From: a virus
Length of the DNA stretch: 64,000 bases
Reading direction: 5' to 3' (one strand)
Virus record (IMG/VR): IMGVR_UViG_3300039106_000244
Coordinates: 53,016 to 117,015 of that record
Below, piece after piece: positions 45,845 to 54,886 of this stretch; position 1 is the first letter of the stretch; each line of letters opens with the position of its first letter. The translations under genes and the position numbers were made by a program. Below the pieces are notes generated by a model, which worked only from the letters and a program-made list of their open reading frames with translations, was not told where the DNA came from and ran no database searches.

Positions 45845-48800
45845 GTGGAGTCTTACTATAGTATGGCATTTTTAACCAGAATTAAAAATAATCAAATTAC
45901 GGACTCTACAATCCTTGCAAATACTAAGATTCTTCCCGGGTCAATTGTAGGTTCATTATTTAATGCTGACCTAACCTTAAGTAGTAATGTCACTATTACT
46001 GGTAATTTAACTGTTCAGGGAACAAGCACTTACCTTACAGTAGCCTCTACTAACACCTATGTAAACGATCCATTAATTGTATTAAATAATGCCTTTAGTG
46101 GTACAAATACGTACGATATTGGTTTATTATTTAATCGAGGCAATCAAACTAGCACAGCATTAATTTGGAATGAAACAAATAAACAATTTCAATTAATTTA
46201 TACAACTGAAACTGGTACTAGTTATGGGGCAATTAATAATAGCGGGTTTGCTAATATAAAAATTGGCAATCTTACTGTTGCTGGGTCTACAACTACAAAT
46301 GATGTTAGCTCGGGTAATTTAGCAGTCAATGGTGGTAATTTAACTACTACATCAACTACATTTAATTTATTAAATACCACAGCAACTACACTAAACTTTG
46401 CTGGTGCAGCCACTACAGCTAATATTGGTGCTGGTACCGGTACATTTACAATTAACAACCCAACACTAGTTGGACAACAACCAACACAAAATTTATATAA
46501 TACACTTGCAACTACTATGAACTTTGCTGGTGCCGCAACTACAACTAATATTGGTGCAACTACTGGCGTAATAAGTCTAAATAATGCAAATATATGGCTA
46601 CCTAATGCAACTACTATCAATGGAGCTCAAACTACTGCATCGCTATTAAATGTAAATGCAACTACAGTGAATGCATTTGGTGCAGCCACTACAGTTATAG
46701 TTGGTGCAACTACAGGTATAGCAAATATACGTAATGCCACTACAAATATCATCGGTAATGCAACCGTTGGCGGCAATCTTAGTGTAAATGCAAACATAAT
46801 AACTACTTCTAGTTCGTTTAATTTGGCCACTGTAACCGCAACAACTGTAAATGCATTCATCGCAGCATCGGCAGTTGTAATTGGTGGTAGTGCAGGTACG
46901 ATGACACTTGGTAATCCTACAATTGTAGGTACTCAACCGACCCAAAATTTATATAATACCGTTGCAACTGCATTGAACTTTGCTGGTGCTGCAACAACAC
47001 TTAACTTAGGAGCATCAACAGGAAATACTACTGTACAAAATAATTTAATAACAACCGGCAATTTAAATATTAGTGCTACAACAGAAAGCACTAGTATTGC
47101 ATCCGGAGCATTGGTATTATTAGGCGGAGTTGGTATAGCTAAAAATTTAAATGTCGGTGGTAATGTTATTGTTACAGGTAATTTAACAGTAAATGGTGCA
47201 GTAACAACGGTTAATACTGCAACATTAGATGTAACTGATTTAAATATCACAGTAGCAAAAGGTTCTGGAAGTTCTGCGGCAGCAAATGGAGCAGGATTAA
47301 CTGTTGATGGTGCCGGTGCAACTATATTATATACTCATGCTACAACAAGTTGGAATTTAAATAAAGATTTAATAGGCACATCGGCAACATTTAGTAGTAA
47401 TTTAACTGTTACAAATCATGGTACATTTGGGTCAATTGGGTCTGATAGTATTCAGACAGGTAATTTAACAGTAGTAAATGATGCGGCCGTTAACGGTAAT
47501 TTAACTGTCACCGATACTACTTCTACGAATAAATTAACAGTAGTGGGTAATATAATATCTACAAATTCAGCCGCATTTAATTTATTAAATACCACAGCAA
47601 CTACACTAAACTTTGCTGGTGCAGCCACTACAGCTAATATAGGGGCCGGAACAGGTACTATAACTATTAACAATCCGACATTAGTTGGATTGCAAGCAAC
47701 ACAAAATTTATATAATACGCTTGCAACTACAATGAATTTTGCTGGTGCCGCAACTACACTTGTAATTGGTGCGACTACCGGAACAGCGACACTACGTAAT
47801 GCAAACATTTATCTACCTAATGCAACTACTATTTATAGCGGACAGACAACACTTGATATTGCAAACGTAAATGTAACAACATTAAATGTAGGCGGATCTG
47901 CAACTACATTAAATTTAGGTGCAACCACTGGAACAGCAACACTACGTAATGCTACAACCACAATAACAGGTAATGCAATTGTATCAGCGACTACAGCGTC
48001 GACTTCAAATACAACAGGTGCATTGACTGTGCTAGGCGGAGTAGGGTTTTCTAAAAATGTGTACGTAGGTACTGGTGCAACAATAAACAGTACACAAAGC
48101 CCAGAAAATTTTATAGTTAAAGGTGCTGCTACAACAAGTTTGATTATAGCCGATAGTAATAGCAGTACTGTGATAATCGGAGGAAGTAATGCGACTCCGG
48201 TATCCGGTGCAACATTAAAAATTAATAGCACAAGCGCAATGATGCTTCCTATTGGTACTACTGCTCAACGCCCAAGCAACAGCGGTAATGTTGATGTAGC
48301 TGGTATGACACGATTTAATAGTTCTATTAATAATTTGGAATTCTTTGATGGTGCTGGATGGGTACCTGCAGGTACCGCATTTACTATAATTAGTGATAGA
48401 CAATTCTCAGCGGCAACTGGAAATCCATTTGGTAATGTCAATGGAGTGAATTCTACATTTACAATACAATCAAGTTCGACAACCTCGTCAACTATTGTTA
48501 GCATAAACGGTGTAGTACAAATACCGGCACTTGCATATAATATTAGTACAACAACATTGACATTTACAGAAGCACCTGCAGTAGGTGATATAATTGATGT
48601 ACGCTGTTTAGCAACAACGACCGTGGTATCGGCACTTACCAGTGGCAACGGCATGTCGCAATTTATAGCAGAAAATACAGAAGCACAAATTTGGACAGGT
48701 ACAAGTGCACCAGTTAAACAATTTAGTATAGATACAGCCGGAACGGCTACATTTGAATCAAATGTATTAATTAAAGGTAAATCGGTATATGACCAAACAG

Positions 48801-49099
48801 CAATTACAGTAAACACAAGTATAGTGGTTATTGACAGTTTTGCTAAGGCAACATACAGAACAGCAAGATATTTATTATCAATATCTAATAGCGGCACCGG
48901 AGAATACGAATCAACTGAAATATTAGTGATACATAATAATACAACGGCACTTTTATCTCAAATTGCAACAAGATTTACAGGAGTAGCAACGTTAGGAACT
49001 GTCACAGTTGCCGTAAATGGTGCAAATGTTGAATTAAGATATACCGGAGTTGCAAGTGGCAATGCAGTAAAAATTAGTGCAACATATATTAAAGTGTGA
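45845..49099 (+). CDS. Long tail-fibre-like structural protein with internal repeats (start likely ATG at 45863)
   Basis: About 1080 aa; repeated NFAGAATTxNIGAxTG units; GALxxxGGVGxxKN motifs; C-terminal YRTARY domain. Confidence 0.65.
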   Translation: MESYYSMAFLTRIKNNQITDSTILANTKILPGSIVGSLFNADLTLSSNVTITGNLTVQGTSTYLTVASTNTYVNDPLIVLNNAFSGTNTYDIGLLFNRGNQTSTALIWNETNKQFQLIYTTETGTSYGAINNSGFANIKIGNLTVAGSTTTNDVSSGNLAVNGGNLTTTSTTFNLLNTTATTLNFAGAATTANIGAGTGTFTINNPTLVGQQPTQNLYNTLATTMNFAGAATTTNIGATTGVISLNNANIWLPNATTINGAQTTASLLNVNATTVNAFGAATTVIVGATTGIANIRNATTNIIGNATVGGNLSVNANIITTSSSFNLATVTATTVNAFIAASAVVIGGSAGTMTLGNPTIVGTQPTQNLYNTVATALNFAGAATTLNLGASTGNTTVQNNLITTGNLNISATTESTSIASGALVLLGGVGIAKNLNVGGNVIVTGNLTVNGAVTTVNTATLDVTDLNITVAKGSGSSAAANGAGLTVDGAGATILYTHATTSWNLNKDLIGTSATFSSNLTVTNHGTFGSIGSDSIQTGNLTVVNDAAVNGNLTVTDTTSTNKLTVVGNIISTNSAAFNLLNTTATTLNFAGAATTANIGAGTGTITINNPTLVGLQATQNLYNTLATTMNFAGAATTLVIGATTGTATLRNANIYLPNATTIYSGQTTLDIANVNVTTLNVGGSATTLNLGATTGTATLRNATTTITGNAIVSATTASTSNTTGALTVLGGVGFSKNVYVGTGATINSTQSPENFIVKGAATTSLIIADSNSSTVIIGGSNATPVSGATLKINSTSAMMLPIGTTAQRPSNSGNVDVAGMTRFNSSINNLEFFDGAGWVPAGTAFTIISDRQFSAATGNPFGNVNGVNSTFTIQSSSTTSSTIVSINGVVQIPALAYNISTTTLTFTEAPAVGDIIDVRCLATTTVVSALTSGNGMSQFIAENTEAQIWTGTSAPVKQFSIDTAGTATFESNVLIKGKSVYDQTAITVNTSIVVIDSFAKATYRTARYLLSISNSGTGEYESTEILVIHNNTTALLSQIATRFTGVATLGTVTVAVNGANVELRYTGVASGNAVKISATYIKV
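46359..47760 (+). repeat. Intragenic direct repeat (~190 bp, first 67 bp identical)
   Basis: 46359-46425 equals 47574-47640; similarity continues to about 46545/47760. Confidence 0.85.
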
Positions 49100-49108
49100 T
49101 TATAGTTA

Positions 49109-49846
49109 ATGTTAAAAATCAATAAAGCATATAGAACAAATTACACAGGCGAAAATATTGTAATTGACCGTAAGTATGTAGATGGTAGTTGGCACGATAT
49201 AACTGAGTTCCTAACTCCTGCGATTACTAATGCACAAATATCTAATCGGGCAGTTATAATTGGAAATGGCGTTACTAGATTAGATTTTGATATGCGGGCA
49301 ATTTTTGAGCATAGAGGCGGATTATTAGGAGTAGATACAGTACAAACATATGGTTGTAATGCATTATATAGAGATTACTCGCCGGATTTTCTAATAGCAC
49401 GTGGTGATAATATCATTACAGAATTAGCTAACAGTGATTATACTATAGATAATGTGGTTTATACAAGTTCGTTGCATCTATTCAAAAACCCAAATAAATT
49501 CTATTTGATACCGTACGATCCATATTGTGACGCCGGGACAACTGCGGCTTATATTGCGGCATTTGATGGCCATAAAAAAATATTCTTATTAGGGTTTGAT
49601 AACCAAGATACACCAGGACATAATTATAATGTTTATGCAGATACATCCGGATATGATATAATTAATAGTAACATATCGGATCAAAAATGGATCGTTGATA
49701 GAGCATCATTGATTAATGCATATGAAGATGTTGATTTTATATGGGTAACTAATAAAGGAAGAACATTAATGCCCAATGAATGGAAAGCATGTGTAAATTT
49801 ACGACAAATATCATTTAGAGATTTTGTATTAGAAGCAAATCTATAA
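49109..49846 (+). CDS. Hypothetical protein, Rossmann-like (Maf/sialyltransferase-like fold), putative
   Basis: AVIIGNGVTR, TYGCNALYRDYSPDFL, AGTTAAYIA...IFLLGFD motifs. Confidence 0.5.
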   Translation: MLKINKAYRTNYTGENIVIDRKYVDGSWHDITEFLTPAITNAQISNRAVIIGNGVTRLDFDMRAIFEHRGGLLGVDTVQTYGCNALYRDYSPDFLIARGDNIITELANSDYTIDNVVYTSSLHLFKNPNKFYLIPYDPYCDAGTTAAYIAAFDGHKKIFLLGFDNQDTPGHNYNVYADTSGYDIINSNISDQKWIVDRASLINAYEDVDFIWVTNKGRTLMPNEWKACVNLRQISFRDFVLEANL

Positions 49847-50278
49847 TATAGATTCTAACGTTTTAATCTTAGCAATAACTTCTTTAAAATTAACAGTACG
49901 CCAAACCCCAGGATGCAACGGTTTTGGATAATCACTTAATTCAACCCAACAATAACCTCTATGCTCGTGATTTAAGTCGGGCACAAATTCTTCTTTAACT
50001 GGTAATAAAAATGTGTGGTATGAGAAATTGTTTTTGTCACTAGTAAACTTTTCAATGGGTATTACTTTAGCAGTTGAAAAATCTACACCTAATTCTTCTG
50101 TAAGTTCACGATGTAATGTTCCAAGTAACTGTTCACCGGCATCAATCTTGCCACCTGCTAGACCCCATGTACCCGAATACTTGCTTGAATTACGTAATAG
50201 AAAAAGATATCGATGCGTAGTTACACAGTAAATGAACGTGCCTACACCTTCAATTGATTCTTTTATTTTAGTTGACAT
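49841..50278 (-). CDS. Nudix hydrolase
   Basis: Nudix box GGKIDAGEQLLGTLHRELTEELGV; LNHEH...W. Confidence 0.9.
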   Translation of the reverse strand: MSTKIKESIEGVGTFIYCVTTHRYLFLLRNSSKYSGTWGLAGGKIDAGEQLLGTLHRELTEELGVDFSTAKVIPIEKFTSDKNNFSYHTFLLPVKEEFVPDLNHEHRGYCWVELSDYPKPLHPGVWRTVNFKEVIAKIKTLESIL

Positions 50279-50284
50279 ACTATT

Positions 50285-50313
50285 ATTATACTATATCAAC
50301 TAATAAGTGTCAA
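50285..50313 (-). promoter_or_regulatory. Consensus sigma70 promoter, leaderless Nudix mRNA
   Basis: TTGACA-N17-TATAAT, ATG 6 nt downstream. Confidence 0.85.
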
Positions 50314-51711
50314 CTAAAGGACTAAGGACCATAGTCCATTTTTGTATTCTCCCTCAAAAGATTTAACCCATTGATTGAGATTCCATTTATATTGTGTTCC
50401 GGTATTCAAATTTGACACATATTGTACAGTTGCAGCTGAACTGTCAAATACAACAGTCCAGTGAGTGCCATTATATTGAATAATATCATTTGCACCTGCT
50501 ATTAGATCTGCATTATCTGTACCACGCCATGCACTTGCACCTTCGAGCGCACTATTTGCATTGCTACCAATTGCATTTAGTATTAGATAACGTGTACCAT
50601 TAACAGCACTACTAGCTAATGCTACCGCAGTATTCTTACGTGGGTCTATAATAGCATCAATTGCGGTTAATGTATTTGCAGGATAGGTATCAATGTCGGC
50701 ATTAAAAATTAATAAACTATCATCAGTTGGATGATAGCTAACTGTACCGACAATTTCTGATTCACCGTCATCTGCTAATAATCTAATTTGACTAATACCA
50801 TCAACTAATGAACCATATACACTAACTAAATTATGCCAGTTATCGCGAGTACCAATTTTAGTTGGAGTAGTTAACGTAGGTTCTCTTAATGCTTCTATGT
50901 CTTGTATTTTAAGTAAGGTAAGATTATTACCAATTAACAAAACACCATAATCCATTGGGGTATAATACATACGTGCGCCCATTAAATTAGCTTCGGTATA
51001 TGCCGCAGAATTTAAATCGCCTTGTGCATCGTGAATATTTGCAATAATTTTTTGAATAACGCCAAGTTTCTTAACTTTAGCCGGTGGGCTAATCCAAATT
51101 GGTAATTTAAATGTAAGTGTTGCAATGTCGATTGGATTTTCAGTACCAACTGGAATTGAACGGCTAGACCAATTTGGGCTATCTAAATATATAATACTTA
51201 AACTTGTCCAGTCTATATAATTATCTGTGCTTTGTACCTCTAGCCCGGGATTAAATAATGGTAATATCTGTTCAATTAATTGCAATTTTTGTTTAGTATT
51301 ACTAGTCCATATATCTAACTTTAATTCTAAAGTATACGGAACAGGCATTATACGTTCAATAGTAAATGCATTGCCTTGTGTTTGTTCGTAAGTATCGGTA
51401 TCAAAATCATATTTACGTTGACGTATACTCATGTTATTAACATACGTTGGACTTTGTACACGGTCTCTATCATATGTTAATCCACTGATATAAACAGCCA
51501 TTGCTGGTACAGTTTGCATAGTGTTCTCACTATTATTTGCTAAAATAGTTGCAACTTGTTTGCTACCATCTGCATAATAAACTGGTACACGTTGTAGAGT
51601 TTTATTGCCTGTTCGATCTTGTCCGAACTCAACTTCGTACCCACTCATTATTCTAATGAATTGTACTACAAAGCGTTCGATTTGACCGTCATAAAAATAT
51701 TGACTGCTCAT
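50314..51711 (-). CDS. Tail sheath stabilizer / terminator, T4 gp15-like, with C-terminal extension
   Basis: YFYDGQIERF, VPVYY, MPVPYTLELKLDIWT...QLIEQILPLFNP. Confidence 0.85.
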   Translation of the reverse strand: MSSQYFYDGQIERFVVQFIRIMSGYEVEFGQDRTGNKTLQRVPVYYADGSKQVATILANNSENTMQTVPAMAVYISGLTYDRDRVQSPTYVNNMSIRQRKYDFDTDTYEQTQGNAFTIERIMPVPYTLELKLDIWTSNTKQKLQLIEQILPLFNPGLEVQSTDNYIDWTSLSIIYLDSPNWSSRSIPVGTENPIDIATLTFKLPIWISPPAKVKKLGVIQKIIANIHDAQGDLNSAAYTEANLMGARMYYTPMDYGVLLIGNNLTLLKIQDIEALREPTLTTPTKIGTRDNWHNLVSVYGSLVDGISQIRLLADDGESEIVGTVSYHPTDDSLLIFNADIDTYPANTLTAIDAIIDPRKNTAVALASSAVNGTRYLILNAIGSNANSALEGASAWRGTDNADLIAGANDIIQYNGTHWTVVFDSSAATVQYVSNLNTGTQYKWNLNQWVKSFEGEYKNGLWSLVL

Positions 51712-53252
51712 TAGTTATCCGCCAAAGGTGAAAGTATGTCAGATAAACCCTGACGTTCCGGTGTTACTTTACTGTAAACAGTGTATTCTAGCATGTCGTT
51801 ACTAGACAGTGTATTTGTGACTGTAAATGACACATTTCCAACAGTATTTGCTACAGTATTGGTGATATGTGTGCCATTTAATGTAGTTTTTACGGCATGT
51901 GTGCTAACATACGCAATTTTCGTAACAACTGTTTTAGTTGACATATTAAACGATATTGTAGTTACATTAGCTACTGGTGTATAAGGAGTTGCAACATTGA
52001 TCGCGTCCCAACCTAGTGCGCCACTGTATGTAGCATTTATGTTATTAACAAAACCACTTGCTAATGAAGTATTATCTAATCCTGGTGTTAAGTTTGTACG
52101 CACGGCATCCTCAATTTTAATCCAACGTTTAGAATCAAAGCGGAATAGTCTATTTGGAATATAGTCTAAACGTAAATAGTAATCGCCAGTTACTGGCGAA
52201 GGTGGAAACGCAATACCAGCACTAACTGGTAATCCGTTAGGTGGTAATCCAGTACTTGTTAAATATCCTTGTACTTTCGCAGTAGATGTAATAGCCACAT
52301 TTGGTAAATTGTTAGTATCTACTGGTAATGTATAAATGGTACTGGTATCGTACCCACTCATTGGTACTTCGATTTCGGCACGTGCAATAATAGCATCGTT
52401 GACCGCAGTGTATTTGTCGTACGTACTTAGTAAATCACCAATTGGCGTATTATTAGCATCACCACTACTAATAGTTTGTGTAATGTCTTTGTATTCTTGG
52501 CTATCTACCAATGGTGCAACTTTAACTCGCCATAAATGGGGATACCATGTGGCACTAAATCCTTCTGCGGCACGTGTAGCATCTTGCACAACGTAATAAC
52601 GTTTTAATGCACTTGGCAAATCTTCGTCTAACGGATAAAAGTCTTTAAGGTGTGGTAGTTCCATTACATCACCTACTATAATCTTACGACCTAAGTTCTC
52701 GACCATGTCATTTAAATGGAATACCATAAACATAGTATCACCAGTTAAGAATAATCCAAACTGACTTAGGTCAAAATCATTGTCATTCATACGATAAACA
52801 CTGCGCATAGTATAAATGCTAGTGTCATACTTACGATCTCTATTCTCTAGGAATAATAGGTCTTGTATATTTTTCACACTTTCACTAGCATAACTTGGTT
52901 GTGTTGCATCGGTATAGATAGAAACAGTAGCGCCAGAGCCAACAATAGCTGTGGTGCTTGCCGATAATGTAACAGTTGTGCTTGTTTTTGCAATAACAGT
53001 AGTATTAGCTGGAATATTGGTACCGGCAACAAACATACCTCTTGTTATTGCTGATGTGTTTGCAAATACTAATTCAGTCCCTGGCGCAACTTGTGCAGCA
53101 GAAGTAGCAATACTCGTACCTTGCTCCAGTGGGCCAAGATACTTATGAATGTTGATATCAACTCCGCCAACAGTGAACATTTCCGAGATGCGACGATCCA
53201 TGAATTTGTAATCATTGCCCTTCTGTGGGCGGTACATCGAGAGTCTTGGCAT
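51711..53252 (-). CDS. Neck / head-closure protein, T4 gp14-like, putative
   Basis: QDLLFLENRDRKYD, FDLSQFGLFL, GDVMELPHL; translationally coupled to the gp15-like gene. Confidence 0.65.
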   Translation of the reverse strand: MPRLSMYRPQKGNDYKFMDRRISEMFTVGGVDINIHKYLGPLEQGTSIATSAAQVAPGTELVFANTSAITRGMFVAGTNIPANTTVIAKTSTTVTLSASTTAIVGSGATVSIYTDATQPSYASESVKNIQDLLFLENRDRKYDTSIYTMRSVYRMNDNDFDLSQFGLFLTGDTMFMVFHLNDMVENLGRKIIVGDVMELPHLKDFYPLDEDLPSALKRYYVVQDATRAAEGFSATWYPHLWRVKVAPLVDSQEYKDITQTISSGDANNTPIGDLLSTYDKYTAVNDAIIARAEIEVPMSGYDTSTIYTLPVDTNNLPNVAITSTAKVQGYLTSTGLPPNGLPVSAGIAFPPSPVTGDYYLRLDYIPNRLFRFDSKRWIKIEDAVRTNLTPGLDNTSLASGFVNNINATYSGALGWDAINVATPYTPVANVTTISFNMSTKTVVTKIAYVSTHAVKTTLNGTHITNTVANTVGNVSFTVTNTLSSNDMLEYTVYSKVTPERQGLSDILSPLADN

Positions 53253-53286
53253 TGCGTAGTCCTGTATATCTAATATTTAGCTTAGA

Positions 53287-53315
53287 TTGACATAGCAACA
53301 AATAGATGTTATACT
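53287..53315 (+). promoter_or_regulatory. Sigma70 promoter, leaderless mRNA
   Basis: TTGACA-N17-TATACT with extended TG; ATG 6 nt downstream. Confidence 0.8.
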
Positions 53316-53321
53316 AGCCTT

Positions 53322-53588
53322 ATGAGTGAATTACAAACAAGTTTGGATTGGCCCGCTATGCAGACTGCTATGGAAGCACCTGCGTATAAAATTAATAAGT
53401 TTAGCGGTGAACTACGACAGATGAGTGATAATATTGGGTACATGATTAAAGTACTAAGTATTGAAGAGATAGAGTGCAGACGTCAGCAAAAGCAAACAAG
53501 AAAACATAAAGAACTTTTAGATAAGATAAATGAATACATTGCCGATTACGAACGCAACTTAACTTTTGCGGTTCTGTTGGCAGGTTGA
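53322..53588 (+). CDS. Hypothetical protein (88 aa, early)
   Basis: ORF directly behind a consensus promoter. Confidence 0.65.
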   Translation: MSELQTSLDWPAMQTAMEAPAYKINKFSGELRQMSDNIGYMIKVLSIEEIECRRQQKQTRKHKELLDKINEYIADYERNLTFAVLLAG

Positions 53589-53590
53589 GC

Positions 53591-53619
53591 TTGACAAATG
53601 AAGAAAATGGCTGTATAAT
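53591..53619 (+). promoter_or_regulatory. Consensus sigma70 promoter
   Basis: TTGACA-N17-TATAAT. Confidence 0.85.
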
Positions 53620-53651
53620 GCTATATATAAACTGTTAACAAGGAAGAACAA

Positions 53652-54833
53652 ATGGCAAAGATTAAAATAGAAGGTGCAACTAAAAAAGCTAAAGTAACAC
53701 GTGATCCAATCTTTGCAGATGAGAAGAGTGTTGGAACAGAGCCAGTATGGGATTCAGTACGTGCATTAGAGTTTACAGATGAAGAATTTGACCATCACAT
53801 GCGTATTAGCTTACGTTATTACAATTACTTCTACACAACCAAAGACCTTAAAAAATATCTAGTAGAATGGGCACGTCAGCAAGCTGGTGTAGCACATAAA
53901 TTTGATAAAGCTACCATTGATAAATTTGCGAAAGCATCTGATAGCTTACTACCACTTACACCGTGCGCATTAGCTAAAGCACACAAACAAGGTATGCCAC
54001 TACACGAAAAACATGTTGCTTACTTAGTCAGCTCAATTAAGAAAGTAGTTGATAGCTTAGTTGACGAAGTAGAAGTTGTTGACCCAACTACACCAGTTGT
54101 AGTTAAAGTAACTATCCAAGATCGACTTAACGATTTACTTAAAACACACATCTTACACTTTGAAGAACTCGAGGATGCGTTGATCGAGGGTAAAATAGTT
54201 GATGCTAAAGCATACGATTACTTAACAGGTAAAAATGTACCACAAGGTATGTTAAGTAGAATTGCGGCAGTATTTGAAAAACGTCAAGATGAAATGAACG
54301 AAGCACGGGCTGGCAAAGATGAGCAACTGAATGAAGGTTACGCTCACTACAAAGCGGCAGATTACAAACGCTTTGATGCATTTTACACAAAACTAATTGC
54401 AGATTTAACTAGCTACGGACAAGTTAAGAAAGCAACTAAGAAAGTAACAGTACGTAAACCACCTGCTAAAGAGAAGTTAGTTGCAAAACTAAAATATCTT
54501 AAAGAAGAAAAGACGTTACGCTTAGTATCGGTTAATCCAGTTGACATAGTCGGGTGTGACGAATTGTGGGTTTACAACGTTAAGACACGTAAACTTGGCA
54601 AGTATGTTGCAGAAGCAATGGGTGGTGCGCTTACTGTTAAAGGTACTGCTATTGTAGGCTTTAGTGAAACTGCAAGTGTACAAAAGACATTGCGTAAACC
54701 CGATGTGCAACTTAAAGAATTCTTAAGTGCAGGTAAGATACAATTGCGCAAGTTCTTAGAAGACATCAAGGCAACGGAAATTAAACTAACAGGTCGTATC
54801 AACCCAGATACTATCCTACTTAAAGTACAATAA
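53652..54833 (+). CDS. Hypothetical early protein (393 aa, Lys-rich)
   Basis: Long ORF with SD AAGGA; C-terminal LWVYNVKTRKLGKY...KTLRKP...GRIN. Confidence 0.7.
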   Translation: MAKIKIEGATKKAKVTRDPIFADEKSVGTEPVWDSVRALEFTDEEFDHHMRISLRYYNYFYTTKDLKKYLVEWARQQAGVAHKFDKATIDKFAKASDSLLPLTPCALAKAHKQGMPLHEKHVAYLVSSIKKVVDSLVDEVEVVDPTTPVVVKVTIQDRLNDLLKTHILHFEELEDALIEGKIVDAKAYDYLTGKNVPQGMLSRIAAVFEKRQDEMNEARAGKDEQLNEGYAHYKAADYKRFDAFYTKLIADLTSYGQVKKATKKVTVRKPPAKEKLVAKLKYLKEEKTLRLVSVNPVDIVGCDELWVYNVKTRKLGKYVAEAMGGALTVKGTAIVGFSETASVQKTLRKPDVQLKEFLSAGKIQLRKFLEDIKATEIKLTGRINPDTILLKVQ

Positions 54834-54841
54834 TCAAACCA

Positions 54842-54883
54842 AAGTCGTCCTGTAAGTGCTAAATATACGAAACAGGACGATTT
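54842..54883 (+). promoter_or_regulatory. RBS-occluding hairpin with late promoter in its loop
   Basis: AAGTCGTCCTGT / ACAGGACGATTT 12-bp stem; CTAAATA at 54859-54865 in the loop; AGGA in the 3' arm. Confidence 0.75.
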
Positions 54884-54886
54884 CAT

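Noticed and set aside
46359-47760. Diversity-generating retroelement template/variable repeat pair
   Set aside because: Both copies are in frame inside one gene, differences are not adenine-specific, and no reverse transcriptase is present in the window.
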